Origin: Mesoaciditoga sp. | Lineage (GTDB): Bacteria; Thermotogota; Thermotogae; Mesoaciditogales; Mesoaciditogaceae | DNA length: 64,000 nucleotides | Direction of reading: 5' to 3' | Assembly (NCBI GenBank): GCA_015491995.1 | Contig: WGFY01000041.1 | Location: forward strand, 32,518 to 96,517 | The notes under the pieces: generated by a model | What the model saw: only the letters and a program-made list of their open reading frames with translations | What the model was told of the DNA's origin: nothing | The model's database searches: none | Program-made: the position numbers and the translations under genes | Shown here: positions 36,326 through 45,595 of the stretch, piece by piece | How the letters are laid out: every line of letters starts with the position of its first letter | How positions within the stretch are numbered: the stretch's first letter is position 1

Positions 36326-38395
36326 TCACCCCTTTGTGGTTAGCCTTACTTTTAACTCCTTCTCAGAGCCAGGATCAATTTTGAACTTCCAAGTTGGGGT
36401 AAGGGAAGTCCCTTGGTAAACTTTTTCAAATCCACCTTCAGAGTATGATACCGTGTAAATAGGATAGATCAAAAATTCGGCAAGTGCACTCAAATTCATT
36501 TCGATCTTCACGTCTTCGTACTCTGCAACTACGGAAACTTCGCTCGAAGTAAACGTTCCTTTGTAAGATGCGTGATATTTCCCACTGCCCCAGTCGAAGT
36601 ACCTGTCGTCTGCTTCTGGAGCCATAAGGTTAAAGGTCATTTCCGATCCAAAATGCAAATTCATCGGTTCTTTTGATTCGTTGATTATTTTGTACGAAAC
36701 TTCAAACGAATTTTTGAAGAGTTCAAAAGCCTTTTTCACACACACAGGCATCCACTTTGAATCAACCCAAACATGACCATGTCTGATGAGAACATTTTCC
36801 TTTGCCTCATATGCTTGATTTACGAAATCTCCTTGTTCGGGATATTTCGATCTGGAATACCCCTCTAACTCAAAATTTCTTCCGAAGAAGTGATCTATAA
36901 ACGCAAATCTTTCGTACCAATCAACGTTCAAGTACTTTTCCAGTCCTTCTTCTTTGGTCAAAACTACGTCATGAATGGTTTTAACATGATCAGATTTTTC
37001 CAATTGCTCCTGTGTTATAGCCTGCGATATGAGCTCATGGTAAACCTCGTATCTTCTAGTTAACGAGTTGATAAGGTTGTACTCGGAATCCTTCAAATCT
37101 ATTTCCAATATTCTTCCGCCGTAATCAGGGTCGATGACAAGACCAATGCTGGAATTCTTCATGATAATTTCATCAAAACCATCCTTATCGTAATCAAGAA
37201 CCTCTATCTTCATTTTATCCTTGAGGGCTTTATCAAGCTCTTTTTCAGCCTTTATCAAGTGTTTGTAAATCGCAGCCCTAAGATGGGGCAAATACAATCC
37301 ACCAAACACTCCATGCCAATAAACGTCATTGCATTGACCTTTCCAATACTCATCAAGTGTTTCTTCAGAGACATCGTCCCTCTCATCGATTTTGGTATGT
37401 AAATAAAGTGATTTTTTATGCATCAAATTCGATTCGGTATATTTTGACAAAAAGGTTCGCCAAATTCCACCCTTTAAGAACATTTCCATCGATTCGTATC
37501 TTTTCTCTTTCTTTAAATTCGAAATCAAAGATTCAAAATCCGCTTTTGATCTGGTAGGTAAAGACCATTCCATCATTTCACTGTAAGATGAAATTGGTAA
37601 ATACGTCCTTCCCATTGGAGGGTACGAATTCACGTATTCAGAAAAACTGATCATCTCAAGCCAGTCATCATTTTTTTCGATCGTATCAAAAAATGAATCC
37701 AACCACTTTTCAACATAAACTCGTTCGTAAGTTCCAGGCCAAACTCCAAATTTTTCACCGTCGTCGAACATCACAAGCGCGTTATCAGCGCTGTCAGTGG
37801 CAGAATTTTTGAGGAAATCTATGGTATCTTGAGGATTTTCAAATGGAATGAGATAACGAAGTTTTTTGGATATTGGGAAAATCTTAAGGGTGTACCCTTC
37901 CTCTTCAGTGATGTAATAGCCGGTGAGTTCATCGTCATAATGGCCAGCGCTTTTAAAGTGGGTGTCATCGAGCACAACGTATTCAACACCTGCTAATGCA
38001 AGCGATTTCGCGATTTGTGGTTCCCAAACTCTTTCGGCAAGCCACATACCACACGGTTTTTTACCGAAAAGCTTTTCCACTTTATATGAAAGTTTTCTTA
38101 TTTGGCCAACTCTGTCTTCCTCTGGAATAACCGGAATGATCGGCTCGTAAAATCCTCCAGTAAATATTTCCAACTGTCCTCTTTTAACAAGAGAACGTAA
38201 TTTTTCAATGTAATCATGATGATTTTTTTCCAAACTTTCAAGAAGCCATCCGGTGAAGTGAATTGCCATTTTTATCTTTGGATGCTTCTCAAGAACGTCT
38301 ATAAATGGCTTGTAAGATCTATCGTAAGCATCTTCCACTACAAAATCGAAATTTCCTACAGGTTGATGGTTGTGAATTCCAAATAAAAATTTCAT
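36326..38395 (-). CDS. GH57 family 4-alpha-glucanotransferase-like enzyme
   Basis: MKFLFGIHNHQPVGNF.., WLAERVWEP, DDGEKFGVWPGT. From memory it is collinear with Thermococcus litoralis GH57 4-alpha-glucanotransferase. The start is ATG 38395 or TTG 38404 (RBS GGGGGTG). The 741-aa track ORF overlaps the end of rng by 131 nt. Confidence 0.9.
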   Translation of the reverse strand: MKFLFGIHNHQPVGNFDFVVEDAYDRSYKPFIDVLEKHPKIKMAIHFTGWLLESLEKNHHDYIEKLRSLVKRGQLEIFTGGFYEPIIPVIPEEDRVGQIRKLSYKVEKLFGKKPCGMWLAERVWEPQIAKSLALAGVEYVVLDDTHFKSAGHYDDELTGYYITEEEGYTLKIFPISKKLRYLIPFENPQDTIDFLKNSATDSADNALVMFDDGEKFGVWPGTYERVYVEKWLDSFFDTIEKNDDWLEMISFSEYVNSYPPMGRTYLPISSYSEMMEWSLPTRSKADFESLISNLKKEKRYESMEMFLKGGIWRTFLSKYTESNLMHKKSLYLHTKIDERDDVSEETLDEYWKGQCNDVYWHGVFGGLYLPHLRAAIYKHLIKAEKELDKALKDKMKIEVLDYDKDGFDEIIMKNSSIGLVIDPDYGGRILEIDLKDSEYNLINSLTRRYEVYHELISQAITQEQLEKSDHVKTIHDVVLTKEEGLEKYLNVDWYERFAFIDHFFGRNFELEGYSRSKYPEQGDFVNQAYEAKENVLIRHGHVWVDSKWMPVCVKKAFELFKNSFEVSYKIINESKEPMNLHFGSEMTFNLMAPEADDRYFDWGSGKYHASYKGTFTSSEVSVVAEYEDVKIEMNLSALAEFLIYPIYTVSYSEGGFEKVYQGTSLTPTWKFKIDPGSEKELKVRLTTKG

Positions 38396-38420
38396 TTTTT
38401 TCAACGTCTGCACCCCCAAA

Positions 38421-39905
38421 TTAGCGTTTTTTCCTTTTTGTATTCTTTTTCTTGTAACTGAACTTGTAATCATACGGAATGGTGTTTTCGTAAGAAATCG
38501 CCGTTCCAATTTTAATATCTTTTGAAATTTTTTGAATGATTTTCTCATCAATATAAGGCTTCAAACCCTCGTGCGCACTTATCTGTACAGAACTTATGGT
38601 GCTCCTATCATCTTTCAACTCTTCAAGCTCATGGATCAAATTTCTTGCTTGGTGAATTGGTGAAAGCATAATTCCATTTCCATTGCACACCGGACATTTC
38701 ACCTCATAAAATTCTCTAAGTGGAGGAGAGGTACGCTTCCTTGTCATCTCCAAAAGCCCCAATTTGGAAAATTCAACTATTGATGTACGTGCCTTATCTT
38801 TTTTTAATTCTTCTTCAAGAACATGTGCGACAAGCTGTCTTTCAGATTCATGTGCCATATCTATGAAATCCACGATGATTATTCCGCTTTCATTTCTCAA
38901 CCTCAATTGCCTTGGAATCTCCTTTGCGCTTTCTATGTTAGTTTTCAATATCAGATCTTCCGAATCCGTTCCTGATGTATTAGAGCCTGTGTTAACATCT
39001 ATAACGAGAAGCGCCTCGGTTGAATCGAAGTAGAGAGTCCCACCACTCGGAAGTTTCACAACTCGAGAGAGAGATTCCATTATCTGTTTTTCAACGCCAA
39101 GTTTTCTGAAAACATCTCCGGAGATCAATCGGATTATTGGCATATGTTTTGGTTTGTAAGATTCTACAACCTTTTGAATCACATCATAAACCTTCTTTTC
39201 ATCGGTTATGATTTCATCGACCGTATCATCCAACCTTTCCCTTAAAATGTACTCCAAGACACCTGGATCCTCATAAAGCACCTGCGGCTTTCTAGCATGA
39301 CGAAATTTCTTTTGAATTTTTTCCCATCTATCTCTTAACCCTTCCAATTCTTTTTCAAGTTTTTCCATTTCAACACTTTCGGCAACTGTCCTTACTATAA
39401 CACCTTGTCCTTTTGATATGGCTCTTGCTATGTTGTATAATCTCTTTCGTTCCACTTGATCTTCTATTTTTTTAGATACACCTATATTCGATATCTGTGG
39501 CATGAAAACAAGATATCTACCTGCTAAGCTTATGTACGATGTAACTTGTGGTCCCTTGAGACCCATGGCATCTTTTTTAACTTGGACTAATATTTTCTGC
39601 TTCGCTTTAAGCATTTCCACTTTAAGAGCGCTTCCATTTCTAGGTTTAGGTGCGCACAAATCCCGTTCCCTCAAGAATGCATTTCTGCCCTCTCCAATAT
39701 TCACAAAAGCCGCCTGAAGGTTTGGAACTATGTTTTCAACTCTTCCAAGGTATATACTTCCAGTGAGTGATTCTTCGTCAGCTTCCTCCAAATAAATTTC
39801 AAAAAGCTGATCGTCCTCAAGCATAGCCAATCTCAAACCTTCAAATTCCGAATTGCTTATAATTATCCTTCTCAAAGACGTTCTACTCGTGACTATGATT
39901 ACCAC
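38421..39905 (-). CDS. rng: Ribonuclease G/E family endoribonuclease
   Basis: 494 aa. S1 domain GSIYLGRVENIVPNLQAAFVNIG, followed by the RNase E/G catalytic core. Confidence 0.9.
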   Translation of the reverse strand: MVIIVTSRTSLRRIIISNSEFEGLRLAMLEDDQLFEIYLEEADEESLTGSIYLGRVENIVPNLQAAFVNIGEGRNAFLRERDLCAPKPRNGSALKVEMLKAKQKILVQVKKDAMGLKGPQVTSYISLAGRYLVFMPQISNIGVSKKIEDQVERKRLYNIARAISKGQGVIVRTVAESVEMEKLEKELEGLRDRWEKIQKKFRHARKPQVLYEDPGVLEYILRERLDDTVDEIITDEKKVYDVIQKVVESYKPKHMPIIRLISGDVFRKLGVEKQIMESLSRVVKLPSGGTLYFDSTEALLVIDVNTGSNTSGTDSEDLILKTNIESAKEIPRQLRLRNESGIIIVDFIDMAHESERQLVAHVLEEELKKDKARTSIVEFSKLGLLEMTRKRTSPPLREFYEVKCPVCNGNGIMLSPIHQARNLIHELEELKDDRSTISSVQISAHEGLKPYIDEKIIQKISKDIKIGTAISYENTIPYDYKFSYKKKNTKRKKR

Positions 39906-39925
39906 CTCTTGTTCAAATATATGAA

Positions 39926-39934
39926 ATTATATCA
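39926..39934 (-). promoter_or_regulatory. Extended -10 element TGATATAAT directly after the fliP stop, upstream of rng
   Basis: The minus strand reads TGATATAAT 20 nt upstream of the rng GTG. No clear -35. Confidence 0.35.
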
Positions 39935-40693
39935 TTAAAAGCTGTTCAAAATTCCGGTGATTACGAGTTCCCATCCGTTTACCAAAACAAATAAAAGCAA
40001 TTTGAAAGGTAAAGAGACCATAACAGGGGGTATCATTATCATTCCCATGGCAAGTAAAATGGACGCTACAACCATGTCTATTAGGATAAACGGAATGTAC
40101 AACAGTACTCCTATTTTGAAAGCTATTTTCAACTCACTTATGACAAAAGAGGGTATTAAAACCGATGTTGGTATATCAGAAAGTTTAGTCGGGAAAGGCA
40201 TCTTTCTATATTGAGTGAATATTCGTATTGCATCACCATTTTTATGCCTTATTATCTCAGAGTACATGAATTTTCTGAACGGTTGAATCCCTTTGGTCAT
40301 CGCTTGCTGATAGCCGATTTCACCACTCATGTAGGGTTTTATGGCGTTGTTGTAGGTGTTCATAAAAGTTGGCTGCATTATGAAGAAAGTCATGAACAAC
40401 GCCAAACCTATTAAAATTTGGTTTGGCGGAGATTGCTGAGTTCCCATGGCACTTCTTAAGAGGGAAAACACCACTATTATTCTCGTAAAAGATGTCATCA
40501 GCATCAAAATGGCTGGAGCTATAGACAAAACCGTAATCACCAACAAAATGGTCAACGTCGTGCTAAGTTGAGTGCTTGTCGGAGTTGCACCTACACTTAT
40601 CGTCAAATTTGGTAAAGAAGGATTCGCTCCTTGACCAAAGCTTAGAACGCTGACGACAAAAAGGAGGGATAAAAACGCTATTTTCCCTTTCAC
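39935..40693 (-). CDS. fliP: Flagellar export apparatus protein FliP
   Basis: 252 aa. Signal sequence plus conserved FliP TM core (LLVITVLSIAPAILMLMTSFTRIIVVFSLLR). Confidence 0.95.
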   Translation of the reverse strand: MKGKIAFLSLLFVVSVLSFGQGANPSLPNLTISVGATPTSTQLSTTLTILLVITVLSIAPAILMLMTSFTRIIVVFSLLRSAMGTQQSPPNQILIGLALFMTFFIMQPTFMNTYNNAIKPYMSGEIGYQQAMTKGIQPFRKFMYSEIIRHKNGDAIRIFTQYRKMPFPTKLSDIPTSVLIPSFVISELKIAFKIGVLLYIPFILIDMVVASILLAMGMIMIPPVMVSLPFKLLLFVLVNGWELVITGILNSF

Positions 40694-41094
40694 TTTAACC
40701 CATCTATCCTATTAATTTGATCTTTTAAAAACTTTTTACCCAATTTGGAAAACAGCACCTTGGAAAATTGCATCCCGCCTTCATCTATCTCAATATCTTT
40801 TATCTCTTCAGGGTTGCTCAGCTCAGAAAGTACTTTTGTATCAGAAGGTGTACATGCTACAAAGAGGTATTTGTTTTTTAATTGAATCAAATAAACAACC
40901 GTACTTTTCCCTAATGGTAAAGCATCCACGATCTTCATGTATTTTGACTTCATGTGCTTAACGCCAAATTTTTTTACAAGATAAAGCACAACGAGCAAAA
41001 CACATATTATAATTACGGTTGAAATAAAAAAGCTCAAACTTGAAGTCCCTAAAAAGGCTTCAGAGGTCGGTGTGGCGGCTGCCACTTTTAACAC
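40690..41094 (-). CDS. fliO: Flagellar biosynthesis protein FliO/FliZ-like
   Basis: 134 aa. One TM helix. Sits directly upstream of fliP and overlaps it. Confidence 0.7.
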   Translation of the reverse strand: MLKVAAATPTSEAFLGTSSLSFFISTVIIICVLLVVLYLVKKFGVKHMKSKYMKIVDALPLGKSTVVYLIQLKNKYLFVACTPSDTKVLSELSNPEEIKDIEIDEGGMQFSKVLFSKLGKKFLKDQINRIDGLK

Positions 41095-41095
41095 C

Positions 41096-41458
41096 TCACT
41101 TACTTACCTTAGAAAGTGCTTCCACCACTCTTCCTTGTTGAAAGGGTTTCACGATAAAATCCTTTGCCCCAGCTTGAATGGCTTCCACAACCATCATCTG
41201 TTGTCCCATAGCACTACACATGATTATATTCGCCTTAGGATCTGACCTCATTATCTCCTTAGTAGCTTCTATACCACTCATTTCTGGCATGGTTATGTCC
41301 ATAGTCACTACATCCGGTTTTAATTCTTTGTATCTCTCTATAGCCTCATTACCATTTGCCGCTTCTCCAACCACTTCGTATCCAGCTTTCGTAACTATGT
41401 CCTTCAACAGCATCCGCATAAATGCTGCATCATCCACTATGAGTATTCTTTTAGCCAT
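41096..41458 (-). CDS. cheY: Chemotaxis response regulator CheY
   Basis: 120 aa. Receiver domain (ILIVDDAAFMR, DITMPEMSG, KPF). Confidence 0.95.
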   Translation of the reverse strand: MAKRILIVDDAAFMRMLLKDIVTKAGYEVVGEAANGNEAIERYKELKPDVVTMDITMPEMSGIEATKEIMRSDPKANIIMCSAMGQQMMVVEAIQAGAKDFIVKPFQQGRVVEALSKVSK

Positions 41459-41471
41459 CGAACATGCCTCC

Positions 41472-41924
41472 TTAAATCTCGTTTACTTTGTCTTCTATGA
41501 ACTTCGGTATATCTATAAAAACGAGAAGTCTTTCTCCCTTTTTCACAACACCTTTGAAATATTTAGACTCTTCAACCTTCATCGTCGTATCCATTTCGGT
41601 TGGATCAACCAGCAAAACCTCTGTAACTTTATCAACAACAAAGCCTATCTCTGTGTCTTCTATTCTTGCAACGATCACATTAGAAGCCACTTTTTCTTCA
41701 TAATCTATGTTCAATATGCTTCTCATATCTATCACTGGCACTATTCTTCCTCTGAGGTTCATAACTCCCTTTATAAATCTTTTCGAATTTGGCACAGGTG
41801 TAATTTGGCTTTCTTCAACGATCATCTCCACTATGCTTATTTCTATGGCATACTCGTGCTCACCAAATTTGAAGCCTAACACTTCAAATGACTTGCTTAA
41901 CTCTCCTAAATTCACCTCTATCAC
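41472..41924 (-). CDS. cheW: Chemotaxis coupling protein CheW
   Basis: 150 aa. CheW-like domain. Overlaps the cheA stop by 4 nt. Confidence 0.93.
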   Translation of the reverse strand: MIEVNLGELSKSFEVLGFKFGEHEYAIEISIVEMIVEESQITPVPNSKRFIKGVMNLRGRIVPVIDMRSILNIDYEEKVASNVIVARIEDTEIGFVVDKVTEVLLVDPTEMDTTMKVEESKYFKGVVKKGERLLVFIDIPKFIEDKVNEI

Positions 41925-43933
41925 CTCGAAAGCGCTTTTTGTACAAGCGATGGCACATCTATTATAAGTGCTATAGATCCATTCCCGAGTATTGCTCCTC
42001 CACTAAACTCTTTTACGTCTTTGAAGAGTTTGCCAAGAGCCTTTATAACTATATCCTGTTGTCCTAACAATTTGTCCACAATGAAGCCGTACTTCCTATC
42101 TTTGTACCTTGTCACAACAAGATCCATCTTCTCTGATATCGCACCTGCGTCAAAGTGTAAACGCAAATCTATTACAGGCACTATCTCGCCTCTTAAGAGA
42201 ACCGTTTTTTGCCCTTCAACGTCTTTTATGTTATTTTCCTTTATCGCCAACGTGCTATCAACAGCGGATATTGGAACTGCGTAAACAAGACTGCCAACTT
42301 CCACCAGTAAAGCTTGAATTATGGATAAAGTTAGCGGTAATCTTATTATGACTTTTGTTCCCTTTCCTGCAACGCTTTCCAAGTAAACATTCCCGTTTAA
42401 AGATTCAATGGTTTTTTTAACAACATCCATTCCCACTCCTCGGCCAGATACCTCAGTGGGTTTTTTACTTGTCGAAAATCCAGGCTCAAATGTCAATGAA
42501 AATATCTCTTCGTTGCTCATCGCTGAGGCTTCATACTCTTGAATGATCCCACTTTCCAAGGCTTTTTTGATGATCTTTTCTTTATCAAAGCCTCGGCCGT
42601 CATCATTGACTTCTATGACGACGCTGTCACCTTCTTGACGAGCTGAAAGGATAACTTTTCCCGTTGGAGCCTTTCCGGCACCAATTCGTTCCTTTTCTGT
42701 TTCTATACCATGATCTATGGAATTTCTTATCATGTGGACAAGCGGCTCTCCTATTTCATCTGCAACTGTCCTATCAAGTTCAGTATCTTCTCCTTGAACT
42801 ATGAAATCTATTTTTTTATTCAACTTTTTGGACAGATCTCTGACCATACGTGGAAATCTATCAAAGACAAATGAAATTGGTATCATTCTGATCTTCATCA
42901 CTATGCTTTGGAGGTCAAGAGTTATTCTACCAAGCTGCGAAAGGCTTTCATCGACTTCCTTTATTTTATATTTTTTCAAAGTTTCTTCTATTCTGCTTCT
43001 GCTGATCACGAGTTCTGCCATAAGATTCATAAGTACATCGAGCTTCTCAACATCCACTCTTACGCTTTGTGTGAGTTTGACGCGACGTTTCTTGTTATCT
43101 TTTTTTATTTGATTCTCTTTTTCTTTTTCATGTGTTTCCGGTTTTTTTTCAGCCTTTACTTCATTCTCTTTTGTCTCAAATGGTTTGATGATCACTTTAT
43201 CTATCTCGGAAATGTTGGATATAAGATCTTGAAGCTTTTCCATTTTCATCGATGTGATCACGACCAGCTCGACGGTCGTTTCAAAATTCTCTTTTTCTAT
43301 TTCTTCTGTTGGAGGTTCAGAATAGACGATTTGCCCATCATTTTCTTCTATTCTATGAAAGACTATATACATTCTTGCCGATTTCATAACAGAATCTTTT
43401 GCAAGTTCAACTCTTACCATGTAGACGCTTAGTCCATCTTCTATCGCCTTTTTTGCAACATCTTTAACCGCTTCTTCAACGATATCATCACCAAATTCGG
43501 TTTGGGTGTCAGACTTTTCAACTTCTCCTATTTTTTTACTCGCCTTTTCTGCTCCCTTGCCTTGATTGGACATCGCACGTTCCACATCATCCAAGTCCAA
43601 TTTTGAATCATCTTCGCCATTTTCTATATCAGACACCACTTCGGTGAGTTTATCTATTCCCAAGAAAATAATATCTATCATATTTTCAGTAACTTTGGCT
43701 TTCCCACTTCTCGCGGAGTCCAAAAGGCTTTCTAAGGCATGGCACATTTTAGACATCTTCATAAATCCCATAGTCGCAGATGAACCTTTGAGTGTATGCA
43801 TAAGGCGAAATATCTCGTTTATGGCATCACCAGACTCTGGATTCGATTCTAATTCCAAAACCGATTCGTTCAAACCTTGTATGTTTTCCTTGGCTTCCTC
43901 AACAAAAACCCCAAGGTATTGGCTCATGTCCAT
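41921..43933 (-). CDS. cheA: Chemotaxis histidine kinase CheA
   Basis: 670 aa. Hpt H-box [12 protein letters not shown], dimerisation and HATPase domains, C-terminal CheW-like P5 domain. Confidence 0.97.
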   Translation of the reverse strand: MDMSQYLGVFVEEAKENIQGLNESVLELESNPESGDAINEIFRLMHTLKGSSATMGFMKMSKMCHALESLLDSARSGKAKVTENMIDIIFLGIDKLTEVVSDIENGEDDSKLDLDDVERAMSNQGKGAEKASKKIGEVEKSDTQTEFGDDIVEEAVKDVAKKAIEDGLSVYMVRVELAKDSVMKSARMYIVFHRIEENDGQIVYSEPPTEEIEKENFETTVELVVITSMKMEKLQDLISNISEIDKVIIKPFETKENEVKAEKKPETHEKEKENQIKKDNKKRRVKLTQSVRVDVEKLDVLMNLMAELVISRSRIEETLKKYKIKEVDESLSQLGRITLDLQSIVMKIRMIPISFVFDRFPRMVRDLSKKLNKKIDFIVQGEDTELDRTVADEIGEPLVHMIRNSIDHGIETEKERIGAGKAPTGKVILSARQEGDSVVIEVNDDGRGFDKEKIIKKALESGIIQEYEASAMSNEEIFSLTFEPGFSTSKKPTEVSGRGVGMDVVKKTIESLNGNVYLESVAGKGTKVIIRLPLTLSIIQALLVEVGSLVYAVPISAVDSTLAIKENNIKDVEGQKTVLLRGEIVPVIDLRLHFDAGAISEKMDLVVTRYKDRKYGFIVDKLLGQQDIVIKALGKLFKDVKEFSGGAILGNGSIALIIDVPSLVQKALSR

Positions 43934-44040
43934 GAACTTACACTCCTTCCATGAGTTGTGAACTCCATTTACCTCTCAACAAAATCTTTCGTCATCGCTC
44001 TCATCGAATTTTAAGAATATTTTTCTAAAAATTCGTGGGT

Positions 44041-44049
44041 ATTATATCA
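44041..44049 (-). promoter_or_regulatory. Extended -10 element TGATATAAT upstream of cheA
   Basis: The minus strand reads TGATATAAT 15 nt after the rsmA stop and about 107 nt upstream of the cheA ATG. Confidence 0.4.
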
Positions 44050-44064
44050 TTTTTGCGATCGAAT

Positions 44065-44841
44065 TCAGAAAACACGCGTGTTATAAATCTGATCGAAGAT
44101 CAAGTTCGAAAGTTCTATGAACTGCTTGACTGATAGTTCTTCAGCTCTCGCATTCTCTGATATGTTCAACGCATTCAACATGGTCTTTACATTCTCAAAC
44201 TCTCTCAAGTTATTTCGTATCATCTTTCTTTTATGAGAAAAAGCTTTTCTCACAATTTCATCCAGCAACTTTTCATCTTTAACGACGGACATCCATCGTT
44301 GAGTTTTGATCATATTCAAAACAGATGAATCGACGGATGGGATGGGAAAAAAAGATTCCTTACCCACATCTAAAATTTTTTTAACTTCATATCTCAATTT
44401 CACGAAAGTGGTAAGAGAACCATAAGCCTTTGTCCTCGTCTTTGCCATCAGCCTTTGCGCATATTCTTTCTGTACCATCACAGTTATAAAAGGTACCTGC
44501 ATATCGAACATTTTTTTTAATATCGGAGTTGATATGTTGTAAGGGATGTTTGAAACACATCTGTCCAGTTTCAAAGCATCGTTGAACTTCAAAAAGTCTT
44601 GAAAGATGAATTTCACATCACGATCTTTGAATCTACTCTTCAACATGTCAAAAAGATCTCTATCTATCTCAAAAGCCACAACCTTTGCACCTTTTTCAAG
44701 CAAAGTTTCTGTCAGCATTCCTTTACCGGCACCTATTTCCAAAACGGTTTCTCCGGGAAGCACTCCGGCTCTTTCAACCATTTCTTTTGCTATTGAATGG
44801 TCGATCAGAAAATTCTGTCCAAAGCGTTTTTTTGGCATCAA
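44065..44841 (-). CDS. rsmA: 16S rRNA (adenine1518/1519-N6)-dimethyltransferase
   Basis: 258 aa. RFGQNFLID and SAM motif VLEIGAGKGMLT. Confidence 0.95.
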   Translation of the reverse strand: MMPKKRFGQNFLIDHSIAKEMVERAGVLPGETVLEIGAGKGMLTETLLEKGAKVVAFEIDRDLFDMLKSRFKDRDVKFIFQDFLKFNDALKLDRCVSNIPYNISTPILKKMFDMQVPFITVMVQKEYAQRLMAKTRTKAYGSLTTFVKLRYEVKKILDVGKESFFPIPSVDSSVLNMIKTQRWMSVVKDEKLLDEIVRKAFSHKRKMIRNNLREFENVKTMLNALNISENARAEELSVKQFIELSNLIFDQIYNTRVF

Positions 44842-44854
44842 AACACCTCTTTAT

Positions 44855-44884
44855 CAACAAAGAACAGGGGCCTCAAAAGCCCCT
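44855..44884 (-). terminator. GC hairpin between tRNA-Ser and rsmA (weak terminator or processing site)
   Basis: The minus strand reads AGGGGC-ttttgag-GCCCCT followed by GTTCTTTGTTG. The U-tract is weak. Confidence 0.35.
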
Positions 44885-44888
44885 ACTT

Positions 44889-44978
44889 TGGCGGAGAAAG
44901 TGGGATTTGAACCCACGGAGCGGTTTCCCGCTCATACGCTCTCCAGGCGTACGCCTTCGACCACTCGGCCATCTCTCC
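44889..44978 (-). tRNA. tRNA-Ser (anticodon GGA), long variable arm, CCA encoded
   Basis: The reverse complement folds as GGAGAGA..TTTCTCC acceptor, anticodon stem TACGC/GCGTA with loop CTGGAGA, variable arm GAGCGG-gaaa-CCGCTC, T arm GTGGG-TTCAAAT-CCCAC. 90 nt. Confidence 0.95.
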
Positions 44979-44999
44979 AGTTTTCGCTTAACGTTGATG

Positions 45000-45029
45000 A
45001 TTATACCCGAAAGAAGGTTGTTTCGTCAA
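45000..45029 (-). promoter_or_regulatory. Near-consensus promoter for tRNA-Ser
   Basis: The minus strand reads TTGACG, an 18-nt spacer, then TATAAT. The -10 ends 21 nt upstream of the mature tRNA 5' end. Confidence 0.65.
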
Positions 45030-45073
45030 GTCTTTAGGATTTCTGTGGTAAAATTCATATGGAGGTGTAAGCG

Positions 45074-45595
45074 TTGAAAATAGCAGTCATTGGATATTCT
45101 GGTAATATCGACGAAAATCCTGTGAAACCTTTAACCACATTGTGCGAAGCTCTTGGTTTAGAGATTGTGAAACGTGGGCATACATTGGTAACTGGCGGAA
45201 GAGATGGTGTGATGGAAGCCGTATCGAAGGGAGCCGCAAAACTTGGAGGAACGATCGTTGGGATACTTCCAGCCAACGACACCGGTAACGATTTCTTAAC
45301 AATCAGGATGAACACCGGAATGGATTATTCGATGAGATCCATTTTGATGATGTACAACGTTGATGTTGTTATAAGCATCGGTGGAAAAGCGGGAACTGGA
45401 TTGGAGATATTTGCGGCTTACGGGCATTTCAAACCGATATTCTTGCTCAGAGGAACAGGTGGTTGGACAGATAGAATAGCGAATACCCTTTTGGATGGAA
45501 AATATTTGGATGAAAGAAGACAGGTTGAAATAAAAAGCGTTTGGAGTGTTGAAGAAGCGCTTGAAGAAATAGAACTGTTGGAGGCTTCAAAATGA
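45074..45595 (+). CDS. LOG / TIGR00725-family (lysine decarboxylase-like, Rossmann) protein
   Basis: 173 aa. IAVIGYSG..LVTGGRDGVMEAVSKGA..GGTIVGILP pattern. TTG start with RBS GGAGGTG. Confidence 0.75.
   Translation: MKIAVIGYSGNIDENPVKPLTTLCEALGLEIVKRGHTLVTGGRDGVMEAVSKGAAKLGGTIVGILPANDTGNDFLTIRMNTGMDYSMRSILMMYNVDVVISIGGKAGTGLEIFAAYGHFKPIFLLRGTGGWTDRIANTLLDGKYLDERRQVEIKSVWSVEEALEEIELLEASK

Noticed and set aside
36326-38551. N-terminal extensions in the ORF track: GH57 as 741 aa, rpoB from 19912, lpd from 29929, the LacI-family gene from 50164, radical SAM from 54435, the 2Fe-2S gene from 55418, AOR from 58727, rpsT from 33652.
   Set aside because: In each case a downstream start has a proper RBS and matches the family N-terminus. 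The extensions overlap neighbouring genes or regulatory hairpins.
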